From assembly GCA_051294375.1 (NCBI GenBank), contig CM119270.1:4720152-4784151 (forward strand): 64,000 bases of DNA, read 5' to 3'. Numbering within the stretch: the stretch's first letter is position 1; each line of letters starts with the position of its first letter. Shown piece by piece: positions 27,056-39,300 of this stretch. The translations under genes were made by a program, and so were the position numbers. Below the pieces are notes generated by a model. The model searched no databases, was not told the DNA's origin, and saw nothing but the letters and a program-made list of their open reading frames with translations. The stretch is from Paraspadella gotoi (taxonomy: Eukaryota > Animalia > Chaetognatha).

Positions 27056-28752
27056 AATGGTATTGAACAAGGATTTTACAAATTAGATTGGGACATGTTT
27101 CAGTTCTTTTCAGACATTCATCATGCGCATTTTTGACAAATTTTGGGATACTTTTTGCAAGGTCTGAACAAAGACCGAAAAATGTTCAAATCTAATTTGT
27201 AAAATCTTTGTTCACTACCATTAATAAACTATCTTTGTAAACCTATCTCATTCAACAACGAAAAGAAAGGAAACGATACAATTATAAAGAATATAAGTAT
27301 AATATATCATGAAAATATAATTTACCTTTCAATTTTCAGCAAATTCCTACCTGTGAACACAGATTTTGCTCTAATTACATTTCTAAACTCAACCTTTTCA
27401 ATGGCGTAACAAAATGTGCGTTATGCCAAAAAAATATTTTTTGGAATAAAATTGTTATTGTACAAGTATGTCATCCCTCAGATTTTTTTCCCCCGGGGGC
27501 GGTGCTAGGGGTGGCTCCGCGGGGCGGCCCCAAGGGGCAGGCAAGGGGGAATCTACCAGGGGCTAGAAAAACCTTTCCCCATGGCCCCCCCCCAGGGGTG
27601 ATGAATTTGCTTGTCCCCCGGAACAGCTCTCTCTCTTCTCTCCTCTCTCTTTTTTCATTAAAATAAAATATAGAAATAAGAATATTTTTTACTTACGTAT
27701 ATATTTTTTTTCATTTATCATTTCTTCTTGTTGGATTTTTTTAATACAACTTACAACTCAAATATTGTATTTTTTATTTTATCAATTCTATTTCATTCAT
27801 TTGCTTTTTTCTATATATCTCTCTCTTTACAATAAAAAACTGATTGCATTATAACCTGCTCGAATGGTANNNNNNNNNNNNNNNNNNNNNNNNNNNNNNN
27901 NNNNNNNNNNNNNNNNNNNNNNNNNNNNNNNNNNNNNNNNNNNNNNNNNNNNNNNNNNNNNNNNNNNNNNNNNNNNNNNNNNNNNNNNNNNNNNNNNNNN
28001 NNNNNNNNNNNNNTTCTGTTTTAAAAAACAAATTTTATAATTTTTACATAAAAGATAGAATTGAGGCGACTTATGATGATCCTTTACATAATAAACAAAT
28101 TAACAATGATTTGAAACAACAAATATTCATCGTTGGTGCATTTTTTTCAATTACGTGAACCAAATCTGGGTCGAAGGGATCTTGGCTCTTGTTCGTCAGA
28201 ACGANNNNNNNNNNNNNNNNNNNNNNNNNNNNNNNNNNNNNNNNNNNNNNNNNNNNNNNNNNNNNNNNNNNNNNNNNNNNNNNNNNNNNNNNNNNNNNNN
28301 NNNNNNNNNNNNNNNNNNNNNNNNNNNNNNNNNNNNNNNNNNNNNNNNNNNNNNNNNNNNNNNNNNNNNNNNNNNNNNNNNNNNNNNNNNNNNNNNNNNN
28401 NAGCCACAAAATTTTTTATAACTGGCATTTCGGGAGAAGATTCAAGAGATTGTGTGCCTAAAAAAAAATTTTAAAAACAATTGGTAAACAAAAGTAATCA
28501 AGCTTATATTTTAATAAAATATTAAGTTAAAGATTAGGCTTAAGGATTAGGTTAAGGATTTTGTTATTGATTTGGGTTAAGGATTTGGGTTAAGGACTAA
28601 TATTCAGGGTGAGAAGTTAGGCTTAAAAATTAAGGTTAAGGGTTTAACGTGAGGGTTTTGGACTAGGTTATAGTTAGAGATTAAGGATTGGTTGATAATT
28701 TTAAGATCATTTAAAATTAAATTCTGGGATAAAGGAACAGAAATAGGGCACT

Positions 28753-28964
28753 TGTGGTGGTATATTCATACCACCTTACGTCAACCATCGTTCTGCCAAT
28801 TCTATTGGCTCAGAAAGGAACACGCTTTCCCAAGCGTTGCGTTCCTTCCGTCTGCGTTGGCAAAGCGAGACCATCCTTGGATAACCGCGAGGGTCAGAAG
28901 CCCCCAAAGTCAAGAGAAATGCCCCATCCCAATGGGAGTCACAGCCAACACGACTGTTGCCATA
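28753..28964 (+). mobile_element. Solo-LTR-like element, copy 2 (TSD CACT, internal deletions)
   Basis: TGTGGTGG...GTTGCCATA with CACT on both sides. Confidence 0.8.
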
Positions 28965-29715
28965 CACTCGGAAAAGAAAACCAGAAATTGTATAAGATTA
29001 ATTTATAAGGATTGTTTTTGCTCATCTTTTCGTTGCGCTTGAAATTATAATAAAATTTTTATTTCATTGACAGACAAAAATAAAAAAAATTTGTTATCTA
29101 TCAAAACAAAAAATTTTATTTAATTCTAACACTAACCAAGTTGTAAAGGAGCTCGATAACCAACAGCTCCGTCAATTATAGGATGGCTCTGTTGGCGGGC
29201 ATCGTCTACAGTTCTTCCAGATGTTGCTGATAATAAATAACTAACGGATGCGGTGGCAGTACATTATTTAGTTAGTCAAGTAAACTTTCAACCATAAAAA
29301 TTAAGATTGAATAATGGTAAAGAATGTGGATTATTACGCGGAAGAACTCGAGATCAAATCCCTTCTCCATTAATTATAAATTCATTCTCAGATTCAGAGA
29401 AAGATTTGGTTTATAAATATGTTATATATACATTCTTTATATTCATTTGTCAAATCATTTGGTTATGGTTAAAAAGTCTTAACATAAATTCTCAGCATAT
29501 ATTTAATTACAGATTTATTCTACTGCAGAAATCATATTATTAAAATATATATTGGCTTTTCATAATTATAAACTCTGCTAATAACAAAATAATGAACGTT
29601 TGTTAACGCTAAAAGATTATTGCCTACGTTAACAACATATGTATGTTTCCGAATCGAATTCACGCTCCGTTAATTTAACTGCTTTTCAATCGAATTTAAC
29701 TTTTCGACTACTTAA

Positions 29716-30809
29716 GGCCAGGGATCACTCAACTTAATATTGTAGAAATCTTAATTTACTGTATCTTAATCATTTTCTCACATCTTGTAAGAGGTTTTCT
29801 ATTAAAAAATAATCAAAAACTTTTAAAAATCTACCTAAAATGTTCATAAAAATTTAAACAAATTTTTTTCTTCGGTAAAGCTAGATTTTCAAGAGAAAAA
29901 TATTTTTTTAAATATAAGCTAAATTTCTACAACCAAATTTTTAACTTAAAACTGATTCTTTACAGTAAGCTCAATTTCTACTTCTTATATTTAATTCTTC
30001 CTTTGGTACAACTCCATACTTGGAGTTGTATCACTAATAAGTCTAAAACAAACTACTCTACACATTTTTCATATAGGTTTTTATGCTTTTATGAGTTTAT
30101 GAGTTAAAAAACTTATCAAATTTATTTCAATTTGACTTTTTACTTTATGTAAATGTTTATATCATAAAATAGTTGCCTTATTTTCTAGGGAATCTCTGAA
30201 AAAAAAATCAAATCTGAATTTAAAAAAATTAAAAAGAGTAAGCCATTTTTTTAAGACATCGGCGTTGAACAAACTCCATCATCACATCCTGTGCTTGTGT
30301 ATGTTGTGGTGAATCTTGCAAAAGTAATGAGTACAGAATTTAACTTTCTTGACGAAGTGAAGTTAAAAACGAAGAGTTGCAGCTCAAACCACAGGACTCT
30401 TCTTGAAGAAAAAATTATTTTGGGCAAGAAAGGAAAGGCGGGGGAGATTCTATGAGCGCGTTTTTGGAAAAATGTTTTTCGTTTCAAGGAATTTATCCCA
30501 AAAATTGACTAAAATAATCAAATTTTCTATGAAGGAAAGCAAATTTTGAAAGTATCTTTTCATAGAATTGGAGTTCGTGACCTACAAGTAATCCATGCCA
30601 AATTTCATGAGAAACCGCCTTCCCGTTTGGGCTGCAACTCTTCAAATCGGTTTCTTTTATTTTATATAGTACAAAAAAAAATCGAAAAAACGATAACGCC
30701 TTTGAAAAATAGTGAAGTGAATACATTTTCGGAATCGTCAGGAGCTCTCCTTTCGAAATCCGAGCTCGGTTTTAGCCTAATTATAATTTGAATTGAATGA
30801 TCCCGGACC
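29716..30809. mobile_element. Non-autonomous DNA transposon, Kolobok-like
   Basis: TIRs GGCCAGGGATCACTCAA / TTGAATGATCCCGGACC, TTAA TSD (29712-15, 30810-13), RR...YY termini; interrupts a sequence that is contiguous at 16385-16530. Confidence 0.8.
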
Positions 30810-31904
30810 TTAAATCGGTCGCAACGATTTTTCGACCGTTTGCGAGTCAAAAAGTGGTCGAATAAGGCTTCACTATACCTCGGAAGAGGAGGAGGAAGAG
30901 GGAGGTTCCGTGACCATGAGATCGAACTTGAGTTTAGCATAAAAAGGAGAGCAAAATCCTTGTTCATCGAAGAACAAAGGGAAGAGGGGAGAGAGAGATA
31001 AGGGGTGAGAAAAGATAAGAGGAGAGAGGGAGAAAAGAGGGGAGGGGGAGAAAAGAGGGGAGATCGAAAGAGAGATAAGAGGGGAGAAAAGAATTAGAGG
31101 AGAGAGGGAAATAAGAGGTTAGAGAGAGCGAGAGATGAGAGGAGACCAAAAGATGCTGGCTTACAACGAATTAAAAAGGTTAAAAAGGAAGGATCAGAGG
31201 GGACAAACAGAAGAAAGAGAGATACGGATATATAATATATATATAATTATATATCTCCGAAAAACATTGATCGTCTTGATGGAGCTGTGAGAAAGATTAA
31301 AGATAGATAAGAAAGAGAGAGATATGTTAAGTGTTTCGGACAAGGCAATGAAATGTTTACAGAAGGCTTCATATTGTTAAATGAGAAACCGGGTTTTTCT
31401 TTTTTACCAGAACACTTTCTGAGAAAACTACTGTATTGAGGATTTTACCGTAACGCCGTGAGCGAGCTCGTGTATTCTGACTTGCTTTTCATTTATTCAA
31501 ATTCGAAGTTATAAGTTTAATAGACTTATATAGACAATACATGAGCGTAAGACGTGAAACAAGTAGAAGGGAAACTATTTCTAAACATAAAAAGAGAAAA
31601 AAATTATTAAAAATTATTAAAAATTTTTATTAAACCATTTTGCCTCTAAAAATAATTAAAACTTAATTATAAAATCGCAAAACAAGACCTCAAATGCTTA
31701 CCGACTGTCACGAATCATTGGTAACTTATCCTCTTAGTTTTAGGTAAGCACGTCTCTTTTATAGCTTTGGGTAAGGAATAGTCATAAGGACTAACCAATC
31801 AGCGAGCGACGTTGGCAATACTTGATCAATCAGATACTTCGTAAGCGACAAAAATTACGAATTCAATAATAAAAAGGGCATCAAACAACCGAGAGTCTAT
31901 CTCG

Positions 31905-32745
31905 TAACAAATAAAAATTTAACATACTGAATACAATTTAATTCCCCTGCGGGCAAAAAATGACCCAAATTTTTTTAAAAAAATATTAATATTTTTTAGT
32001 TGATTCAGTTACACTGATGTCTTTACTAGTAAGAAAAAAAACAACATTTTTGACCTAAATTTGTTTTATTTTTGTTAATGTTTCTTTTTGTTCACTATGC
32101 ATGGTCAATTTTATAAGTTGTAGTAGAGATCGCCGCAGCTACTTTGTACACGAAAGTCAACCTCATTAAAGGCGTTGACGCAAATACCTTGATTGGTTCT
32201 CGTGTTCGTCTTGAAATCGATTCCGCTTTGTTATTATTGGTCATTTGGAAAGACAAGCCACTCGCGTGGTCTGGCGTCACATAAGGTCCCAATCAGAAGT
32301 CACTGCTGAAATTTACGGAGGTTTGGGATTTTGGAAAAATAAAATTTGGGTCAGTGTCTGGAAATTTATTGATCAAATTTATTTTTGAATTTTCTTGAAA
32401 GATATTCTGAAACAAAGGCCGAATTTTGAACAGTTTCACTCGTGAACCTCCAAAAAATGGGGTAAATCAGATTTTTGAGATGAAAATTACATTTAATTGA
32501 TGGAGCAAAATCTATGATAATATTCGGAACAATAAAAATTAAAAAAAATAAAAATTGACATTTTGACAATTTTGACCTGGGGACCTAACTTGGCTTTGGG
32601 GGCCAAATTTTAAAATTCCCCTCGATAGTTTCATATTTATTGCCATAATTGTCCTGTATCCAAAATTTCGTTAAATTTGGTCGAGCAGTTTGATAGGAAC
32701 GTGTTCTGGTCGCATAAAACCGGAACCTCATTTTATAATAAGAAG
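31905..32745 (+). mobile_element. Possible non-autonomous Helitron-like element
   Basis: 3' portion CCAAAATTTCGTTAAATTTGGTCGAGCAGTTT...TTATAATAAGAAG resembles common invertebrate Helitron-type ends; boundaries are approximate and there is no second copy here. Confidence 0.35.
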
Positions 32746-33668
32746 CCTTCAGTAGTCAATTAAGTGTCACAAAGAAAATGAAGACGAATCTTTTTAAGAA
32801 CATCATTAAGTGTAATAACATGGTATAAAAGCTACGACAAACGGGTTCTGACATATTCCCGACACGAGAACGACTGATCTTTTGTCTTAAGTGAGTTGCC
32901 TTCAAAACGTCCTCTAACATGTTTTTATCAAACACGAAGCAAAACAAAAGATAAGGAAAGTTAAACCTCAACCAACTTGTACTTGTACTTGTCTTTATCT
33001 TCTTGACTCGACATGATGGTCCCTAAGAACTGCACTGAGATACTGTTCTAGAAAATCAAAGGCGTTTGCAATTTTACTCACCTAGTTTAAATAAATAGTT
33101 AAAATTGAATTCTCAGTTCACCTAAAGTTATCTGAATATATTGATACATAGTGGAAATTAATAATTACCTGATGAATATTTTTAATGTTTATCAAATCTG
33201 TTTAATATAATATAAAATAAAATTTTCAATTTTTAAATAAAGCTTATTTCGTCACTTACTCAGCAAACCTCGTAATACAAATGGTAATGATACCAAGTTT
33301 GAAATTCGAGTAATAACCATTTTTATCACCAGGTCGACTGAATAAATTAATGAATTAATGAAATATGCGCGAATCGAATTTTAAATCTAAACACCTGTAC
33401 TCGTGGCAACAAATCAAACGAAGCTCGAATGAGAGGAAATTTTTTTTTTCTGAAAGGAAAAAGACAGACAACAATTCTTACATTCTGATGAATTTGAATG
33501 TTGAACGATTTTATGGTTATAGATGAACATTAAAAAATATTAAGTTCGAAGACGGAGGCAAAGACAGACAAATGACAGACAAATGAGAAACAAATGGATC
33601 GATGGATATGAAATTCAAAAAATACTGAAGGGACTGGTCCTTTTGAAACATTCTTTGAAATAATATAC

Positions 33669-33923
33669 TATGGCAACAGCCAGGTTGCCTGCGAATCCCA
33701 TTGGGATGGGGCATCTCACTATTGGCTTTGGGGGCTTCCGACCCTCAGTGACGCATCCAGTCACTGGCGCCGTTACCCTAGGATGGTCTCTCTTTTACAA
33801 AGAAGAGGGAAATCATTAGGACTGTGGATTGAACACAACGCCTGGGATGGTGTGTTCCCCCTCTGAGCCAATGGTATTGGCTGAACGCTCGTGGACGTGA
33901 GGTGGTGTGAATATACCACCACA
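33669..33923 (-). mobile_element. Solo-LTR-like element, copy 3 (TSD ATAC/TTAC)
   Basis: Full-length reverse complement of copy 1; TSD has one mismatch. Confidence 0.8.
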
Positions 33924-36314
33924 TTACCACTTTATTGATAGGGAAGCACTGGGTACACAGGGAGTTAATAAACTAGAGTGAGAGAGTCTTGCAGAGTCGT
34001 GCTCCGTCATTGTCTTTTCATACAATTGAAACATTCTTTGAAATGGATTCCACTTCATTGATAGGGAAGCCAGGTACTCTGGGAGTGAATAGGCGAGACT
34101 GTGAGAGAGTCTTGATTGAAAGCTTGCAGGGACCTGCTATGTCATTACTTGTAAGAGTGATGGAGGCCTTAAACCACCAAAGCCTGTCCAAAGTCAGGGG
34201 CAAGATAGCTTATTTATTGAATGAATGGATAATTTTTATATTGGTTGTACCAATTTCATATATAAATCTTATATATATTGTCTTATATATATATATATTG
34301 TCTTATATATATAATCTTATATATATGTCTTATATATATATATATATAATTATATATTGTCTTATATATAAATCTTATATATATAAATCTTTATTTCGGT
34401 TGTACCAAACTAATCAATCAATTTTAAAAGTTTTCTTGCTCCGCCACCTTCCTCTCCACTTCCTCTTCCTGTTAATTGTTAATTGTTAATTAGCTGTAAA
34501 ATGTACAACGAAACGTTTGTTCGTTTAGAAATCACCGCCTTTATAATCAGCATTAAGGTTTTTTTTTTTTATTTTCTTTTTAACGAATTTAATATCTTTG
34601 GCGACGCTGACGTCAAAAAAGACTCGTTTTTGGAAGGCAATTTTAATTTTCGGAGGAATAAAAAAAAATGATTTAAACCATGTAGTACGGGATTTGGTTG
34701 GTAATTAGGTGAGGAGGATGAGGAAGTGTAAATGAAGAACCGGTCGCAGAAGGAGGAGGAGGAGGAGGAGGAGGAGGAGAGAAGGTAAGGGTGTTAAAGA
34801 TTTTAAAAGGTAATGGAGGTGAGTGGGTGAAGAAGAGGATTTCTTTGCCCCGGGGAATCAATCCCCTGCGTGGAATGTCTCTTGACAGTCGAAAAACTTT
34901 CGGCCTTTTTTTTTGTCGTCGTCGTCGTCGTCGTAGTCGTCGTCGTCGTCGTCGTCGCTATCGTCGTCGTCGTCTTCGTAGTCGTCGCTATCGTCGTCGT
35001 CGTCATCCGCAAAAGTTTGGAGGAAAAAAAAAGATTCATTTAATCGTCGGGCGATAAGTTACTTTGTGTATGAAAACTGGTTTGGAAGAAACTTGCTACA
35101 TATTTTAAAACTGTCCCTACTAGAAACCGAAAGAGAGAAAGAGAGAGAGAGAGAGATAGAGACACGTCCTTCATCTACCCCATAATCAAGGCTGCTCGAC
35201 AAGCAGTCAAGCTCAATTCCGAATGGCGTTTGATGGACGCATCTCAAAGACGTCTTTAAGAACGTCTTTCCCGAGATGGCGTCGCACCATTGGTCACCCG
35301 CGAAGATTTTCGTGGATTTTATTGGTGGATTCACCATAGCCTCCATCTTGGATCGAGATAGCGACGTGCAGAGAGAGAGATTTTTCAAACTCGAAATTGA
35401 GTTTGAAAAAAAACCTAAGAAATCTAGAGGAGAATTCGTAATCCTTTCATGAAAAATCTAACTAGTCAAACAGACAAACCGACAGACTGAGATGATCCGG
35501 TTTCGATCTGGTCTTGCGGAGCTAAATTAAACGCGTTATAGACACAAAAAGAATCTTTAATAAATAGTGAACATCCTTCGAAAAGTGGCTAAAAATCTAA
35601 AAACAAGAACGGTGATTCCAATGTGTTTCGCCGCAGTGACTTTATTTTCACGTGTATTTCCCTTTGAGCACATGATATGACATGACATGACATGAATAAA
35701 AAACTTTTATTTATGACATGCACTGCATCGAAATTCCGTCTTTATACTAGCAGTCCGTTAGATTTGAGGTTTTTTTCTGTCTTAACAAATGAGCAACCAA
35801 CTATAGACGAATTATATGCATTTTTAACGTAAGTGGGACAGATCGATCGACCGACAGACAGACCGACCGACAGACCGACCGACAAGTGACTCATAGAGTT
35901 GCTCGGCGAGTTGATACATGCGGAACATCTCGAACTTAACTTCATTTGCCCGACTTTAAGCACAATGGAAAACAGGTTTCTGCTCATTAAATGCTTTACA
36001 ATATTTAATCTCGTACTTTTATATTAATTAGTTAGAATTAATTGCGTGGCATAGAGACAAACGACCAAAGATAAAAACAATAAAGATACCAAAAGATAAA
36101 GGATTCAATAAATTACAAAATACGGCAAGTAAAAGGTAGAACGAAACCAATAAATAAAAAAAAAATAATAAAAGAAACCGCCAAGAGATCAAGCAAGCAA
36201 GCAAGCAAGCCAGCCAGCAATCTCTCGAGCGAGAAGCTTAACGATCAAAAACCACAGCTGCGCATTAAAACCCCCCCCCCAAAAAAAAAGAATTGCGCGA
36301 ATTTTTTTTTTTTT

Positions 36315-39300
36315 TTAAGTTGAGTCAGCGACTTCGGTCTTTGGCAAAAGACGCTCTTCCTCTTCCTTCTCAAAAATCGTCGCCCAGGGAAGACGATCGC
36401 CTGGAAAAAAAGGGAAAAAAAATCAATATTAAGAGAAGCGTTAAAATTAAAACTATTTTACCAAAGGAATCTTATGAGTCTTTTTACTCACATCAGCGAC
36501 CTAAACCTTCACTTAGATTTTTAACTTTAAAACTTTAAATCTTAACCTAATCCAGAGCTTTGACCAAACTATAACGAAAGCCGAAGCCGAATTCAGACCT
36601 TACTTTCTAATATAAACCCAAACTATAACACCTAACACCTAACCTAATCGGTTTAGTAGTTTAGTAGTTCTTAACCGAAGCTGAGATAAGGCCTTTCTTT
36701 AGAAAATATTGCTAAATTTAATCGGCAAGATTAGATAATAAATTAATATATTGATGGTCCGAGATTAATTGACAAATAAAAAAACTTACGTCCTTTGACG
36801 AGATTCCCACACCCGCCCTTACCTTCGGCGAGGCAGAGGAACGCCACCGCACCCGCGCCACAAATGGCGGCGCTAACGAAGAAACAGCTGCGCCAACCTT
36901 CGACCGTTGGCGTCGTCGACGTCAGACCCGCCACCGCCAGCGGCGCCACGAATCCAGGAATCGTCCCGGCGGCGTTGCTTAGACCCATGAGGACTCCTTG
37001 GGGGAGTGGGAAAGAGATAGAGACGGAGAGAATAGACACACACACAGAGAGAGAGAGACGAGAGAAAGAGAGAGAGAGACAGAGACGAGAGAGAGAGAGA
37101 GAGAAGAGAGCCCTGAACCGACCCGCGAAGTCGGCTAGGAGACCGCCTAATTAAGGATGAGGGAAAGTGGAGTGAAAATGAGTATGAAAATGATTGGATC
37201 TTGATGTCGTTCTCATTGCGAATCGGTTTTGGGATCTATTTAAGAACTTCACCCTGACTACAACCATAAAACTTCTTGACTTGTGAAGTTGTACAGCCAT
37301 CAGCTCTTGATCCTTATGTACCGGGATCGATCCCCAAAAGAACCTACACTACGGGAAGAGTGAAGATGGACGCCTTGGCAACCCCAAACCGGGTTCCAAT
37401 TCTAGGACCCGTTCCATTCCTGGCAAGCACCTTGTCTTCTTCAGTATTATTATTGAAAATATCTGATTAATGAATAAGTACCAACTAAGACAACAGCCGG
37501 GTTACCTGTGATGCCCATTGGGGTGGGGCATCTCACTGCTGACTTTGGGGGATTCCAACCATCAGTGACGCCTCCAGTCACTGGAGCGATTACCCGAGGA
37601 CGGTCTCGGTTTGCAAACGCAGAGGGAAGTCGTTAGGACTGTGGATGGAACGCAACGTTTGAGATGGTGTGTTTCCTCTCTGAGCCAATGGCCGAATTGG
37701 CCGAACGATAGTGGATGTGAGGCGATTTGAATACACCGCTACACAACCAACTTTTTTTCTTCCCTTTAGTTTTAGTATTTTGGGAGTGGTTGCTTTCTTT
37801 TAAATAAAAAAACTCTCTCAGTTAACCGTTCTGTTTCTTTCCCAAGTTTTTTTTCTCTGGTCCGGTTTTGATAATAAAGTTGTTTTTTTAAGGCGTAAAA
37901 AAAATTTCTTGTCTGGTTTAGATAATTACAATTTTTTTTTTCAAAGGCGTCAAAATATTTCGTTACCTATAGCGTTTGAGCAACAGCTTTCTTTTTATAA
38001 AAGAAAATCCTCGTATATGATAATCAAACCAAAAAAAATGAACAAAAAAAACAAACTCTAACACGAATTCCCGTGGTGCAATTAAGCTAATAAAGTGTCG
38101 CCTTCCCGACGTCGAGAACCTATTTACCGACAAACCGACGGAGTTGACCGACAGAACGAATCCCGAATTGACGCAAATGATTTTTTTTCCTTTTTTACGA
38201 TTTGATAAATTGTTTTTTTTTTTTTTCTTTTCCCACAAAAATAACGATTAAAGACTTGATCGATATTGCTCTTAGTCAGAAAACGAAATATCCTTTACTG
38301 CGCGCGCGCAAGGATTAAACTCGTTTGCAACGATTGAGTGGATGAATGTAGTTTCATACTCTTTACTTAATTTCAATGTAACGTCGGACATCATTTGTAC
38401 AAAAACTACCATTCTGGAAAACCACTACAGAGGGCGTAGGGAGACAGTTTCTCGTGAAGAATTAAAAGGAGAACAAAAACTTGTGAGATATGTGAGATAT
38501 GTTGAACAGAGAAAACGTCATAAAATGTTCGAGGGTTGAATGAGATGTGTCCGAAAAAACGACGAGACCAATGGAGAGACGTCGGTGAGGGCAAAGAGAG
38601 AGAGCAGACCTCAAAGGGCCTCATCATAATCTAATGCGCCCCCTTGAATTCGTGATTGCCTCACGGACTCACCCGCTACAATGACGACCCACTTGACGAG
38701 GTAAGGCAACGCGGAGAGAAAGCCCGTGGCGGCGATTTTTAAGTGAAGGACTTCGGCGAGGTAAGAGGGAGTCTCCGTGAAGAAAATGTAGAAGGACCAA
38801 TTGAAGGCAAAATGGGTGATGATCAACGCCCACACTGGAGCTGGAGTGGGTCGAGGGGAAAGGGGGTCATTATAAAGGGTCAGACTGGAGTTGATGATGG
38901 TCAGACCAAGAAAAGTGGAAAGTCTAAACCTTTTATTTTTGAGGGGGGAGTCAGTGAAAGAAACCTCAAAGATAAAAGTATTAATTTTAAGCTGTTATAG
39001 TAAAAAGAAGATGAAGAAAAAAATGCCCAACTCATACTGATTGATTCTAAAGTTTATGAATACATGCAGTTTATAAAAACAATCATGCACTAAAAGATTT
39101 TATATCTTTATATGCATTGTTAAACAATTAACTTAAACTTCTTGCCCACCGGAAGTGAAGATGCGCGCCACGGCGTCGACGGAATCCGGCGTCGAGATCC
39201 GAGCGAAGAGAGAATGTAGGCGCGCTCTTCGGCTTTAGTATTACAATTTTATTGAAAATTTGAGAGATTAAAGAAAGGAGTAATTTAAAATTAAAATAAA

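Larger units (their letters stand above)
16847..27243. mobile_element. Palindromic MITE (~215 bp when rejoined) split by the BEL/Pao insertion
   Basis: Left arm GGTTTACAAA...AGTTTATTAATGG (16847-16877) continues at 27061 (TATTGAACAAGGATTTTACAAATTAGATT...) and is the reverse complement of the right arm ~27162-27243; TA flanks both ends. Confidence 0.75.

Noticed and set aside
28520-28695. Telomere-like TTAGG/TAAGG stretch (mirror-type tract at 36530-36650)
   Set aside because: Too degenerate and interstitial; simple low-complexity DNA.
33989-34489. 166-aa ORF
   Set aside because: Runs through (TA)n low-complexity DNA; the first half is a short duplicated repeat remnant with no identifiable domain.
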